Shown: positions 41,066-52,332 of the stretch, piece after piece
How the letters are laid out: every line of letters starts with the position of its first letter
How positions within the stretch are numbered: position 1 is the first letter of the stretch
Origin: Sedimentisphaerales bacterium
GTDB taxonomy: Bacteria; Planctomycetota; Phycisphaerae; Sedimentisphaerales; SM23-30
Length of the DNA stretch: 64,000 nt
Strand: one strand, 5' to 3'
NCBI GenBank assembly: GCA_963666285.1
Contig: OY762711.1
Made by a program: the position numbers and the translations under genes
The notes under the pieces: generated by a model
Databases searched by the model: none
Told to the model about the DNA's origin: nothing
The model's input: the letters and a program-made list of their open reading frames with translations, nothing else

Positions 41066-41674
41066 TTAATTGATATGCCGCTTTATCTCCTCGGCTATAA
41101 TCGCGGCACTCTGAGCCAGCCTGAGGTCCACCGAACCGCAATCTATTCTTATTAAAGGACTTACATCCCAACCATCAAATAATTTTTCGTATTCCAGCTT
41201 CAATTTTGTTAGAAAGTCACCACTTATGCTCCTCTCAAAATCCCGGCCCCGCCTCGAAATCCGCTCCAGGCAGTTCTCAACCGTATCGTATAGATAAATC
41301 ACCACATCCGGCACTGCAACTATCTGGTTAACGGTATATTCAATCTCATCATATATGGCCATCTGCCGTTCATCCAGGCTCATAGAGGCAAAAAAACGAT
41401 TCTTCTGCATAATGTAGTCAGTTATCAGTAAATCAGAACTGTTCACATGCTCTACGGCCAGCTGATGTGCCCTCGTCAGCAAAAAGAAAAGCTCCGATGG
41501 CAATGCCGCATCTCCGCAGCCGCTAAACTGCCGGGCTAAAAAGGGATTCTCCTTAAACTTCTCATATACTACCTCACCATCCAGTTCATTCGCAAGATTA
41601 TCGGCTAGTGTTGTCTTACCAACACCAATAATGCCTGCTATCGAGATAAGGCCACGCATTTTTTTTTCCGACAT
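41066..41674 (-). CDS. Deoxynucleoside kinase
   Basis: GIIGVGKTT, ENPFL, PDVVIYL, RISRRGRDFE. Confidence 0.9.
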   Translation of the reverse strand: MSEKKMRGLISIAGIIGVGKTTLADNLANELDGEVVYEKFKENPFLARQFSGCGDAALPSELFFLLTRAHQLAVEHVNSSDLLITDYIMQKNRFFASMSLDERQMAIYDEIEYTVNQIVAVPDVVIYLYDTVENCLERISRRGRDFERSISGDFLTKLKLEYEKLFDGWDVSPLIRIDCGSVDLRLAQSAAIIAEEIKRHIN

Positions 41675-41690
41675 AGTAACCCTTACTCTC

Positions 41691-42416
41691 CTATTTAGCT
41701 GTTCGCAATATCGCCTTCTGATACACTGGCTCCGGCTTTATCTGGTATGCCCTCTGATAGCATTTTAATGCCTGGTCATTCCGGTTCAAAGATTCATACG
41801 CCACACCCAGATTATAATATGCGGCATGATCATCCGGGCGAGCATCAATAGCAAGCTTAAAATTTTCTATCGCATTTCCAAAATCGCCCTGGGCTAACTG
41901 CTTTCTGCCTAGAGCATCATACCCTGTCCACCCCTTTGCCACCGGAACTGTCAAATCCGATGCCTGGGAAAACTGGCTGAAGAAACCTGACACCATATCT
42001 TCCACTAAACCCTGAACCTCATTTGGTGAATCTACATGACCATGTAATACTGTTTTTCTTACAGTTGAATTGGTAGTGAGATTTATAAACTCCAGTTTTA
42101 GAATAACAAATAAAAGGCTCTTTGACTTTTCCTGATCTGCATATCTTCTGGTCAAAGTAAAATCACAATTCAAACCATAGCTTGCCAATAATGGGTCAAT
42201 AGCAGCCAGGTTAGACTTTTCCAGTAAATCCTGCAATGAATGCCGGATATTCGTTGCCAGGTTTGTATCACCGGCTGTAACAAGATTTACCCTGGATTTT
42301 CCGATAAGGTCGCTGCCGGGATTCTTGATCGAAACATTCATATCAGGAGTACTGCAGCCGCTTAAATATAAAGTGAAACATACTAGCAAAATTATATGCA
42401 TTCTGGAATTTTTCAT
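41691..42416 (-). CDS. TPR-containing lipoprotein
   Basis: Lipobox LSGC; AAYYNLGVAYE TPR. Confidence 0.8.
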   Translation of the reverse strand: MKNSRMHIILLVCFTLYLSGCSTPDMNVSIKNPGSDLIGKSRVNLVTAGDTNLATNIRHSLQDLLEKSNLAAIDPLLASYGLNCDFTLTRRYADQEKSKSLLFVILKLEFINLTTNSTVRKTVLHGHVDSPNEVQGLVEDMVSGFFSQFSQASDLTVPVAKGWTGYDALGRKQLAQGDFGNAIENFKLAIDARPDDHAAYYNLGVAYESLNRNDQALKCYQRAYQIKPEPVYQKAILRTAK

Positions 42417-42512
42417 AACTTTTCCTTTTCGTAATTATTCGTGACAAAACCAGAAACGTCTATTTCATGTTAATTATAAATATCAAATATATATATTAAA
42501 AGCATAATGTAA

Positions 42513-43910
42513 TTATTTACTGCCCAGTCTGGTCACCATATCAGGGCTTATCAGAAAATCAAACTGATCAGAGCTAAGCAGCCCTAACTCGATTACTACT
42601 TCTCGAATAGTCTTCGATTCTCTCTTAGACTGCAATGCGACCTCCTGGGCCTTCTGATATCCAATCTCTGAAACCAACGCTGTCACAACCGCAGATGATG
42701 TCTCTATGTGCTCGCGGCATTTTTCCTCATCTACCTCTATTCCAGAAACACAAAATTCTCTGAAAATCCGGCATGACTCTGTCAGAAGAGTTAAACTTTC
42801 AAGCAGCGAATCGGCTATCAGCGGCATAAATGCGTTCAACTCCAGATTACCCATCGAGGCCGCTTGTGCTATTGATTGGTCATGTGCAAATACCCTCATG
42901 GCTGCCTGCGATACCGCCTCCGGTATTACCGGATTTACCTTGCCCGGCATAACTGATGAGCCGGCCTGTCTTTCCGGCAAAGATATCTCACCTATACCGG
43001 CATCCGGGCCAGATGACATAAACCGCAAATCTGACGCTACTTTCAGCAAATTGGACGCACAGGCCTTCAATATACCGGATACCTCGACGAACACATCCGC
43101 ATTCTGGGTAACATCTATCATATTCTCTCCACGCGCCAAACCTAAACCGGTAATGGTACGCAATTCTTCTATCACATTGAATATATACTGACGCGGGGCC
43201 GACAATCCCGTACCAATTGCCGTACCGCCGATATTAACCACTCTTAACCGCTCCTCACATTTATATATTCGCCATCGATCACGGCCAAAAGTTTCCGCAT
43301 ATGCACTCATCTCACGACCTAATGTCGTCAATACCGCATCCTGCATCTGGGTGCGCCCAACCTTCACTATATTTGCGGTACGCTTTTCCAGCATCTGAAA
43401 TTCTTCAACTAGCTTTGCCACCTGCTCCTCCAATAGTCGCAGCTTCCAGATACACGCCACTTTTAACGCTGTCGGATACGTATCATTAGTTGACTGATGC
43501 AGGTTAACATGGTCAAGCGGGTCAATAATATCATAACTGCCCGGTTTCTCACCTAAAATCTGCAGCGCCCGATTTGCTATTACCTCGTTGACATTCATAT
43601 TCGTTGAGGTACCTGCCCCTCCCTGCAAGGCATCTACTATGATATGTTCGTTTAATACCCCAGAAAGCATCTCCTCACAAGCCGAACATATAGCCGACAA
43701 AATCTTTTCATCCAGCTTGCCCAGCTGACCGTTCACCCTGGCCGCCGCAAGCTTTACTGCTCCATATGCAGATATAAATTTGGCATCTATCATTTTACCG
43801 GTCAAAGGAAAATTCTCAACTGCCCGGACAGTATATATACCCCACAAAGCTTCCGCTGGAACCTGCATTTGACCTAAAAGATCTTTTTCTATTCGATATT
43901 TCTCTGACAT
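42513..43910 (-). CDS. aspA: Aspartate ammonia-lyase
   Basis: QGGAGTSTNMNVNEVIANRA, QSTND, GSSVMPGKVNPVIPE. Confidence 0.9.
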   Translation of the reverse strand: MSEKYRIEKDLLGQMQVPAEALWGIYTVRAVENFPLTGKMIDAKFISAYGAVKLAAARVNGQLGKLDEKILSAICSACEEMLSGVLNEHIIVDALQGGAGTSTNMNVNEVIANRALQILGEKPGSYDIIDPLDHVNLHQSTNDTYPTALKVACIWKLRLLEEQVAKLVEEFQMLEKRTANIVKVGRTQMQDAVLTTLGREMSAYAETFGRDRWRIYKCEERLRVVNIGGTAIGTGLSAPRQYIFNVIEELRTITGLGLARGENMIDVTQNADVFVEVSGILKACASNLLKVASDLRFMSSGPDAGIGEISLPERQAGSSVMPGKVNPVIPEAVSQAAMRVFAHDQSIAQAASMGNLELNAFMPLIADSLLESLTLLTESCRIFREFCVSGIEVDEEKCREHIETSSAVVTALVSEIGYQKAQEVALQSKRESKTIREVVIELGLLSSDQFDFLISPDMVTRLGSK

Positions 43911-43927
43911 GTCTATACCTGACTGAC

Positions 43928-44980
43928 TTAATTCCTGGCCACAAATTTCACTGAATCACCACGCCCTTGACCAACTTTTCGGCCGATAGATTCAATTCGC
44001 TTCCTGATTTGTTCGTGAAAATGTTCCGCATCTTCATTTATACACGACTTGGCCGGATATATCTCATATAATTTTCGATATTCAAGAGGAGTAATATTTG
44101 GCATTATTACATTACCGCCGCAGTTTAAACCCTGCTCTCGACCGCTATCCGAAAGAGTTGACAGGGCCGTTGTGCTTGGCAGGTTTGTTTGCGGACACAA
44201 TATCCGCGTTAAGGCTAATACCTTACATGTCATCTCCTGAATGTTTGGTACCTGCTCACTGTCATCTAAAACAATTATATCTTCACCTCTACCCAGCGAA
44301 GTATCCGGATGAGCAATATAGGGTCCGACTCCTATCATATGCAAACCAAGCTCTTTAAATGCAAGGATATCATTTGCCAGGATATCATAACTCTGACCCG
44401 GGATACCCACCATTACGCCACTTCCGGTTTCATAGCCGATGGACTTTAGCTGTTTCAATACTTCAAAACGATCTACATGCGTCTGACCCTTTACCGGCGG
44501 ATGTATATTCTTATACAACTCCGGATCTGATGTCTCAAATCTTAGCAGATATCGGTCTGCCCCGGCTTTATGCCAGACAACAAATTCATCTTCACTTCTC
44601 TCACCCAGGCTCAACGTAATCGCCAGTTCACTGTTATCCTTCACCCATCTGATAAAACCTTCAATCATTTCCTTGGTCAAACCGTAATCTTCACCTGCCT
44701 GTACCACAATTGTACCATATCCAAATTTAACTGCCAGCTTGACACATTCCTGCATCTCGTCAACAGTCATACGATACCTGGGTATTTTTTGCCCCTGTAA
44801 CGCATTTATCCCACAATATCGACACTGACGTACACATATGTTAGACGCTTCAATCAAGCCCCGCAGATGAACCTCATCACCTACATTATCTTTGCGAACC
44901 TGGTCTGCCTTTTCCCATAACTCTTTGAGTTTAGCGGGATCGGTTTCTTTTAGCCATTGCAGAATTTCATTTTTATTCAT
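43928..44980 (-). CDS. hydE: [FeFe]-hydrogenase maturase radical SAM protein
   Basis: LRGLIE, CVRQCRYC, YLLRFET, TGSGVMVGIPGQ, NVIMPN, YEIYP. Confidence 0.9.
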   Translation of the reverse strand: MNKNEILQWLKETDPAKLKELWEKADQVRKDNVGDEVHLRGLIEASNICVRQCRYCGINALQGQKIPRYRMTVDEMQECVKLAVKFGYGTIVVQAGEDYGLTKEMIEGFIRWVKDNSELAITLSLGERSEDEFVVWHKAGADRYLLRFETSDPELYKNIHPPVKGQTHVDRFEVLKQLKSIGYETGSGVMVGIPGQSYDILANDILAFKELGLHMIGVGPYIAHPDTSLGRGEDIIVLDDSEQVPNIQEMTCKVLALTRILCPQTNLPSTTALSTLSDSGREQGLNCGGNVIMPNITPLEYRKLYEIYPAKSCINEDAEHFHEQIRKRIESIGRKVGQGRGDSVKFVARN

Positions 44981-45142
44981 ATCTATTTGATTCTTACCTT
45001 ATGATACAAGTACCTGATTCACAATACAGGCATAAAGTGAGCCTGATAATATCAATTATTCTTACATAAAATTATATAGCAAACTAATTTAAAAGGAAAG
45101 CTGTTTGAACAACCAAATACAATTACTTGCTCAATAGCGCAT

Positions 45143-45176
45143 AAAAAAAGGCCGCATATACAAATATGCAGCCTTG
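45143..45176 (-). terminator. Terminator after rpmA
   Basis: AAGGCTGCATAT..ATATGCGGCCTTTTTTT on the minus strand. Confidence 0.7.
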
Positions 45177-45195
45177 ATATTTCTAATTCAATTCC

Positions 45196-45438
45196 TTACT
45201 GGGCAGGAATGATGTTTACTATACGATTATGAAAGTCCACTACACCGTCTTTAAGTGCAAATAGTGTATAATCTTTACCACAGCCAACATTCTTGCCGGG
45301 TTTGAAAGTCGTGCCAACCTGCCTGACAATAATACTTCCGGTTGTTACTGACTGGCCGCCATAAGCCTTGATACCACGATACTGCGGATTACTGTCACGA
45401 CCGTTTCTCGAAGAACCCTGTCCTTTTTTATGTGCCAT
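45196..45438 (-). CDS. rpmA: 50S ribosomal protein L27
   Basis: [16 protein letters not shown]. Confidence 0.98.
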   Translation of the reverse strand: MAHKKGQGSSRNGRDSNPQYRGIKAYGGQSVTTGSIIVRQVGTTFKPGKNVGCGKDYTLFALKDGVVDFHNRIVNIIPAQ

Positions 45439-45481
45439 TTTTTATTCTCGCCTATCTTATAAATTATTATATATTATTAAG

Positions 45482-46135
45482 TTAACGCATTATCCATTCC
45501 TTGCGACGAAACAACATGACTTTTTTGTCCTGATTGTTAACGTCACCGGGAACGGTATATTCTATCATTAAAGTCTTACGAAGCAAGACTTTTTTAGATT
45601 TTTTTTCATTTTTGTCATCTGCTACTTCAATTGTCTGCGTTTCATTGGAAAACCCGCTGATAAAAAGCTTTACAGATGTAGCGTTAGGATCGAAATCGTC
45701 CAAAATACATACACAATCACGGGCATTATCTTCACCCTGAAGTATCCTGCCGGCAACCTGAATTTCCGGCTCCAATAGTGGAACTGATTTCTTATAAAGC
45801 TTTTCAACTGCTTCATATACAGGTTTAGAAGGTACTTTGCCGGCCTCATACAACATGAAGGTATTTGTCATTACCTCAAATGTCGGGTAAAAATCTACAT
45901 CTTTACCTGTATTATTGGTAATAGTATACACCAAATACCAGAACCTTGTCGGAACTTCATCTCCAGGCAGCTTTACTTCCAATTGCTCTGGATTACCATG
46001 AAATTGAACATCTAACTGCCAGACATCGGTTGGCTGCAAGGCTGCCGGAACTGGAACGTCCGCTGGCACCTCAGCATAAGATACCGACATCATCACTAAC
46101 AATGCTAACAAAAAAGTGGTAAGTCTTGATTTCAT
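45482..46135 (-). CDS. Exported hypothetical protein
   Basis: Signal peptide, 217-aa ORF co-oriented with rpmA. Confidence 0.75.
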   Translation of the reverse strand: MKSRLTTFLLALLVMMSVSYAEVPADVPVPAALQPTDVWQLDVQFHGNPEQLEVKLPGDEVPTRFWYLVYTITNNTGKDVDFYPTFEVMTNTFMLYEAGKVPSKPVYEAVEKLYKKSVPLLEPEIQVAGRILQGEDNARDCVCILDDFDPNATSVKLFISGFSNETQTIEVADDKNEKKSKKVLLRKTLMIEYTVPGDVNNQDKKVMLFRRKEWIMR

Positions 46136-46187
46136 AATGGTTTGTCCGTATATGGCAGGTATATTTATCTGATATAAACAGACATAT

Positions 46188-46216
46188 ATAATAATTACAC
46201 TCGTATATTATGTCAA
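46188..46216 (-). promoter_or_regulatory. Sigma-70 promoter for the hypothetical-rpmA unit
   Basis: TTGACA-N17-TATTAT on the minus strand. Confidence 0.6.
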
Positions 46217-46361
46217 GATTTTTACATAATTATCTGCTATTATATTATTTATATCTACTAAATCTACTCTTGAACATATTCTCCCAAGGCAATATAATGA
46301 TAGCCCTTTGTGAAAACTGTTAATATTTTATAACTTAAACTTTTGATTTTACACGTTTTTT

Positions 46362-46805
46362 ATGGCCCACTGCGACGAATCATTAAAACTTATCGGTGAA
46401 AAAATCGCCGAATATCAGAAAAACCATGATGGCATGTTCCCGCCTTCGCTTGACACTCTTGTCGAACTGGAAATGATTACTGTTTGGGAACTGGTATGCC
46501 CGGTTAGCCCGTTCCCGGTCGGACAATGCAGCTATTTCTACCGCGGAGCCGATTTATTTACCGGCGTTCCCAAGGAAATGGTCGTTGCCTACGACAAAGT
46601 CAACGGCCACAAAGAACGCCGTAATATACTTTTTGCTAACGGCAGAGTCCACCGACCGCCTGAAGGCGTATTCAACAGTTTCATTAGAAAAGATAACGAG
46701 TTCCGCAGACAAATGAACCTGCAGGAAATCAAAGCCGAAATCGTCTGGGTCGATCAGCTTAAACACCTGCGACCACATGACGACCTCGAAGACATCGAAG
46801 AATAG
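46362..46805 (+). CDS. H-X9-DG-type protein lacking a prepilin N-terminus
   Basis: C..SLKLIG, FPPSL, HKERRNILFANGRV. Confidence 0.65.
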   Translation: MAHCDESLKLIGEKIAEYQKNHDGMFPPSLDTLVELEMITVWELVCPVSPFPVGQCSYFYRGADLFTGVPKEMVVAYDKVNGHKERRNILFANGRVHRPPEGVFNSFIRKDNEFRRQMNLQEIKAEIVWVDQLKHLRPHDDLEDIEE

Positions 46806-47098
46806 CTTCAGTCTATTATTATATCCAACCAAGCATATAATTGGAGTTCTTTTCTGTAATCCAATTGACATAGATATCTAATTGACAAGTAAAAAAATGT
46901 TACTCAACATAAAAAAATAATGACGCCCAATCCACATTGAGCGCCATTATATAATATACATATCTGATCACACATACTTAACCAGAATGTCAAAAAGACT
47001 TACGACTGGCTATCTATACCCCTGCTATTTGTCTTCCATCCTGCTGATTATGTTTTGAATTACTAACAAATCATACCAGTCTGTTTTTAAAAAGCATC

Positions 47099-48019
47099 CT
47101 AATGTTTCTGGTAGTTCTGGCTATTGGGAAAGCGATTGAAAAGCCATTCTAGATCTTCATTATCTGTAAACGACTCAGGCCTGCCGGCTGCCCTATACGC
47201 GGAACGATCCCTGAAATAATCTGCAATATCCTTGTTTAACCATTTTCGACTTTCTACATGACCGTCAGCAAAACCAAAGGTACTGGATTTACCATGCCAT
47301 ATTGACAAAGGAACCCATAAAGTTTTGGTCGCTGAATTTTTCAAGTTCATATCAATTATAAACTGGTCAGGGTAATTTTTTTGCCAGTTATTATCATATG
47401 ATACTTCTGCAAAAATATATTTCTCACTTGAAAACTTAATTGCTGATGCCTTAGTGATAAACTTATCTGATGCTATACCGCTATTACTATTTTTAGCAGC
47501 ACCTATTCCGGATGGAATGGCATATGTCCTATACATCTGCTTATCCAAATCCCCTTCTTTTTGACGCTTATCACCAGGGCAGTGAAAAACCTCTTCTTCT
47601 TTAAGATACTTCCACATTGCACCTGCACGCAACCCTGTTTTCCTCATACCTTCAGTTACATTGCTACCTACAGCACCTCTATACCTTCCTGATGGAACTA
47701 GTGAAAAATCCGGACCTGTTGAATCACCAGGTATTTGTGGTGGCTCAACCCATGAATGTGGATTGCCGGAACCCCTCATATGACTTTCTGTTACGTAATG
47801 GGCCACAATATTGTCATTGTTAGAATCATTATATTGAATCCAGGCCAATACCAGATTCTTTTGGTTTGATGAGCACGCTACCTGATACGCCTGCTGTTTT
47901 GCCTTATTCAAAGCCGGCATAAGAATACTCACCAGCAAAGCAATGATAGAAATCACCACCAGTAACTCTATCAAAGTAAATCCTTTAAACGTTTTTTTTG
48001 TACCTTTACTTTTTGACAT
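47099..48019 (-). CDS. Prepilin-type N-terminal cleavage/methylation protein with H-X9-DG motif
   Basis: GFTLIELLVVISIIALLVSILMPAL, CSSNQK, FHCPGD, HGKSSTFGFADGH. Confidence 0.92.
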   Translation of the reverse strand: MSKSKGTKKTFKGFTLIELLVVISIIALLVSILMPALNKAKQQAYQVACSSNQKNLVLAWIQYNDSNNDNIVAHYVTESHMRGSGNPHSWVEPPQIPGDSTGPDFSLVPSGRYRGAVGSNVTEGMRKTGLRAGAMWKYLKEEEVFHCPGDKRQKEGDLDKQMYRTYAIPSGIGAAKNSNSGIASDKFITKASAIKFSSEKYIFAEVSYDNNWQKNYPDQFIIDMNLKNSATKTLWVPLSIWHGKSSTFGFADGHVESRKWLNKDIADYFRDRSAYRAAGRPESFTDNEDLEWLFNRFPNSQNYQKH

Positions 48020-48194
48020 TTTTTTCTCCTGTTAAAGAAATAAAAAATAATGAAAAATAAACCTGCACTAGCTCCATTTGCTTATTACAAACATTAATTT
48101 CATAAATTGCATTTTTTAAAAGGGGTTTATTTTTTCTATCTACTCTACTTACTTGTTTGTCTGCTCTACTATCCAGTTAATGCATTTTATTGTT

Positions 48195-48276
48195 GTTAAC
48201 TTTCGTAGTTTTTAAGTTGCAATAACGAAGTGCCTCTGGCAAATCGCCTAAAACAGTCAAAGTGCCATACCGCACT
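48195..48276 (-). repeat. Element A, internally deleted copy
   Basis: Reverse complement GTGCGGTATGGCACTTTGACTGTT joined directly to TTAGGCGATTTGCCAGAGGCACTTCGTTATTGCAACTTAAAAACTACGAAAGTTAAC; matches both ends of 8845-9044. Confidence 0.8.
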
Positions 48277-48733
48277 TGTTAACTCTTTGCGTAAGTAAAT
48301 TGCACTTATCAACAATATTGGAAAAACGCATTTCTATTTATTATCTGCACCAACTTGAAAAAAATGCCCTTAAAATATATTGATTTTAACCCACCCTAAA
48401 TCGACCCCAAAAATTAACTCACATAATCAGTTAAAACACATACAGTTACACTTATACTAGCAAACTTAAGTGGAGAAAAATTTTAAAACTTTTTTTAATA
48501 AATTTCTAACCACACGCCTCAAATAGAAACACATAATTGCACTATAGTGATATGCAAAACTTACAGACAACATCCCTTTAACGCGTGAATATAGGCATTA
48601 TTTTACAATTAAAACAAACATATGATGCCTGGAGAAATTAGTGAATTACATACACTAATTGCACAATAGCAATAATTCGAAAATTAAATAAACTATAATA
48701 CGAATAGAGTTCCCAAAGATATAGATATGACTT

Positions 48734-49558
48734 TTACTTGCAGGATATTCTCTGTCTTCTCGCCTCATATAACATAATCGCCCCACTGCAACTAACATTC
48801 AAACTGTCCATTTGGCCGACCATCGGTATATAAACCGAATTCTTTTCCTCTTGCAGCCACTCGTCCGGCAAACCGGTATGCTCGCTGCCAAGTACTATTG
48901 CTGTCGGGCGACAATAATCAACTTCCCAGAGACTTTTCGTAGCCGCAGGGCTGGTCAAAACAATCTGTACGCCGGATTCTTTAAGCAAAGCTATTACTTC
49001 TGCCAAAGGCAGACAAAACACCTCCAGAGTAAAGATAGAGCCCAGGCTCGAACGGATTGCGTTTGGATTGTACAGATCGGTACCGCCATTATCAGCTACC
49101 AGTACCATATCCACTCCCGCACCGTCTGCCGTCCTCAACATAGCCCCCAGGTTGCCTGGCTTCTCAACTCCCTCGATCACCAGTATCAGTGGATTCTCTG
49201 GCAATGCCTCCATAGCCGGTTCCTTTTCAGGATACCTCGCAACCGCATAAATTCCCTCGACATTCGACCGATACGCAATCTTATTATATACCGAGGCAGA
49301 AACTTCAAATATATGATCAACCGATGACGAGATTGCATCCAGCATACCCGGATACTCACTCAAGGCTTCATCATCTGCCAGTATCTCCGGACATAAATAC
49401 ACTTCACAGATATCTATCCCGCTGTTAAATGCATGGGCTATCTCTTTGCGGCCTTCAATAGGAAACAAACCAAGCTTACGCCGTTTACCACCGGTATTCA
49501 ACGACACCACCCGCTTGATATTATCATTCTTTACACTTGTTATTATTTTAACTGCCAT
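48734..49558 (-). CDS. TrmH/SpoU-family RNA methyltransferase
   Basis: EKPGNLGAMLRTAD, LGSEHTGL, IPMVGQMDSLNVS. Confidence 0.93.
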   Translation of the reverse strand: MAVKIITSVKNDNIKRVVSLNTGGKRRKLGLFPIEGRKEIAHAFNSGIDICEVYLCPEILADDEALSEYPGMLDAISSSVDHIFEVSASVYNKIAYRSNVEGIYAVARYPEKEPAMEALPENPLILVIEGVEKPGNLGAMLRTADGAGVDMVLVADNGGTDLYNPNAIRSSLGSIFTLEVFCLPLAEVIALLKESGVQIVLTSPAATKSLWEVDYCRPTAIVLGSEHTGLPDEWLQEEKNSVYIPMVGQMDSLNVSCSGAIMLYEARRQRISCK

Positions 49559-49666
49559 ATAAACGGTATTTTATTATTTTATTACTCATGCGTCAGCTTG
49601 AATAGGTCGCGTAAGCGAATCCTGATTTTTCACTTTTTTGATTATTTAATCTATGATTCAATAATT

Positions 49667-49708
49667 AAAAATAGCTCATTGTCTCCGAAAAGACAAGAGC
49701 TATTTTAA
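49667..49708 (-). terminator. Terminator after the V-ATPase operon
   Basis: AAAATAGCTC..TTGTC..GACAA GAGCTATTTT hairpin. Confidence 0.65.
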
Positions 49709-49770
49709 ATACTTATCATATCTGCACGGCATAAATACCATGCTTCATATTTAATACTTTCAATCTTTCA

Positions 49771-50262
49771 TTATGCTGGCAGCAGCATGAACAGGAAGAT
49801 AAAGCCTAGCAGACCTACTGATTCTACCAGACCCATCGCAATAATCAGAAATGTAAAGTTTACACCTTCTGAATCACTCAAAGCTCGACAAGCTGCAGCA
49901 CCTACTTTGCCCTGGTACCACGCTGAGAATAGCTCGATCAAACCACCTGCCAGGCCAATACCAAATAACGCTCCTGGATATGCTCCTGCAAGAGCTTCTG
50001 TACCGTCGGCACCAAATGATTTTGCTTTCATAAATACAAATGCCAGAATAAAAGCATAAAATGTCTGGGAAAGTGGCATACCTGCCAGGATAATATAATT
50101 AAAATTCAAGGCTTTGCCTGCTTTGGCTTCCTTTGCCCATGCTCCGGCAGCAGCTTGGCCTGCAATACCGATACCAAGAGCACTTCCAACGGCGCCCAAA
50201 CCCATAGCTAATGCGAGCCCCATCTGCCCCATTGTAATTGGCATTGTAGTAATAATATCCAT
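49771..50262 (-). CDS. atpK: V-type ATPase subunit K (proteolipid)
   Basis: Four TM helices; PLSQTFY, SAWYQG, GLVES. Confidence 0.9.
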   Translation of the reverse strand: MDIITTMPITMGQMGLALAMGLGAVGSALGIGIAGQAAAGAWAKEAKAGKALNFNYIILAGMPLSQTFYAFILAFVFMKAKSFGADGTEALAGAYPGALFGIGLAGGLIELFSAWYQGKVGAAACRALSDSEGVNFTFLIIAMGLVESVGLLGFIFLFMLLPA

Positions 50263-50305
50263 TTGAAATCTCCTTATAAACTAAATAAGTTAATAAATAC
50301 TTTTG

Positions 50306-52141
50306 TTATTTTTTATTTCCAAACGGCTCATACGCATAGCCGCCCCACTGAATACCGGCACCACCGGAAAATTCAAGCATATTTAAGCGGACGCCATGAG
50401 CGAGTACCGCAATTAAAGCCAAAAATATATTCAATACATGACCGAAAGCTATAACGATCGAGCCAAATACTACTCCAAATATCCCCAAGCCAAACAAGTC
50501 TGTTCCCATCTGGTTAAACGATGCCGCAAGGTAATAACTCGCCAGACCTACCGCCATCAGACGAATATAACTCATCATATCGCCGAAAGCTCCGATTGTC
50601 GGTAATATTGATGACGCCAGCCCAATTGATACTCTTACCGCTGGATTATTATGCGGATGAGTAAATATTACCGCTAACGCCAGACCCGCAGGCAGCAAAA
50701 TCAATATCATACCCCATGGTATAACCATTTTGTCTGGATAGAACAAACCCCAGATTATGCCAAACATTGCCATCATAACCAATACCCAGCCAATCTCGGC
50801 AAAAGCTCGCTTATTAGGCCAGATAAATGCAGCCTGGCATAAATGTGCCAGAACAAGATGCACACACCCGATTACAAAACTCAGTTTGGTAACTTTGTTT
50901 ATACCTTCTATTGTGTCTATATCCCAGAAAACTGCCGGCATCGCAAACAACTTGCCAAAACTGGTCAATTCACCGGCATCATTTTTAAAGTTTGCTGGTG
51001 TTACACCAAATATGTTGCCTGATAGAATTCCCCAAACAAATGTGGTAATACCAATTATCTTGATCAAATCTGCCATATCTTTTCCGGCAGCTTTAACCAG
51101 CTTATCTCTCATGCCATATGCAAGTGCTACAAATATCAGGCCATAACCGGCATCACCGATAATCATCGCTGCAAATAGTGGAAACGCCACCATAAAAAAC
51201 TTTGACAGCTCTGGCTCTCTATAACCAGGCAAGGTTCCCAATACGCCAAATAATGCCTTTATCGGTAAAGTCCATTTAGGATAATCTACCTCGGTTGGTG
51301 GAAGTTCTTCTTCACCAGTCTCGACTATCCTCATGCCGCAATGAATATGGTTCTTATCAAGATCATTGCCCAGACTTTCAAACTTTTCTGTTGGAAGCCA
51401 TCCCTGGATAGCATACAAATCTGAGTCATTTAACCCTGAATTTGCCGCGGTTGAATATTCGTGGACTGACTCCATATCGTTTACATACTTGGCAACCTTA
51501 TCAAAATGGGATGCCAGTTTGTTGATCTCTTCTTTAGCTTCTGCCTTTTTACTCTCAAGCTCAGTAATCTCGGCTTTTAATGTCGGATTATCAAATTCCG
51601 GCATATGCACCGGCTCAAAACCTGAATCTTCAGGCAGTTCTACTTTTTCCGCTCCGACAACGGCTACCAGTTTCTTTCCCAGCGGAGCTCCGCTTAATGT
51701 GGTAACATATTCTGCGTCAAAATCTATCTCTGCATTTTCCGGAGCTACAAAAAACAGGAGGCTCTTACCTGCTGTTTTCAAAAATTCCAGGTCTGCCAGG
51801 GACAAATTACCCCACATATGCTGGTTGTCTATGGCACGAAGATTTGCTGAAATCTTATGCCTGCATTCGTCAATTATTTTCTGGTTTGCCAGCACATCAG
51901 AAAATACCTCACTTACTTTGAGGGATTCACTTGATGGTACTACCGGCTGGTGATGATTCAATATAGAATAAGCATGCTGGGCGTCAGCTAACTGCTGGGC
52001 CACCTGCTCGTCCGCTGCTGCCAGATCCGCTGATACAGGAACAACGTGCAACACTCCATATTTCTGGAGTTCGGTCAGCAGGCTGTCTTTGTCAGCCATA
52101 CTTACTACTACCTGAATTTTTGACATATTTACTATTGACAT
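50306..52141 (-). CDS. atpI: V-type ATPase subunit I
   Basis: LPGYRE, GDAGYG, DMMSYIRLMAVGLA, HGVRLNMLEF. Confidence 0.93.
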   Translation of the reverse strand: MSIVNMSKIQVVVSMADKDSLLTELQKYGVLHVVPVSADLAAADEQVAQQLADAQHAYSILNHHQPVVPSSESLKVSEVFSDVLANQKIIDECRHKISANLRAIDNQHMWGNLSLADLEFLKTAGKSLLFFVAPENAEIDFDAEYVTTLSGAPLGKKLVAVVGAEKVELPEDSGFEPVHMPEFDNPTLKAEITELESKKAEAKEEINKLASHFDKVAKYVNDMESVHEYSTAANSGLNDSDLYAIQGWLPTEKFESLGNDLDKNHIHCGMRIVETGEEELPPTEVDYPKWTLPIKALFGVLGTLPGYREPELSKFFMVAFPLFAAMIIGDAGYGLIFVALAYGMRDKLVKAAGKDMADLIKIIGITTFVWGILSGNIFGVTPANFKNDAGELTSFGKLFAMPAVFWDIDTIEGINKVTKLSFVIGCVHLVLAHLCQAAFIWPNKRAFAEIGWVLVMMAMFGIIWGLFYPDKMVIPWGMILILLPAGLALAVIFTHPHNNPAVRVSIGLASSILPTIGAFGDMMSYIRLMAVGLASYYLAASFNQMGTDLFGLGIFGVVFGSIVIAFGHVLNIFLALIAVLAHGVRLNMLEFSGGAGIQWGGYAYEPFGNKK

Positions 52142-52332
52142 TTATATAACCCTTTACAGTTTATAATGTCCATTCGAACTTAATAAAAGCTTTGAGCGAA
52201 GTTTATACTTCTACTTTCAACTCTTGTTTTTCACTATTTACTTATTTTGCCACGCCTCGCGAAGCTATCAATTAAGGTCGCGCCAGTGACACCTAAACTC
52301 TTCACTTAATCAAACTTGTGATGCGAGTTTGA

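Noticed and set aside
42513..44980. hydE next to aspA as a novel pairing
   Set aside because: Aspartase homologues are commonly found in hydrogenase maturation clusters.
46191..46218. dif-like site (TTATGTCAAG)
   Set aside because: No XerC arm; better explained as the TTGACA -35 box of a minus-strand promoter.
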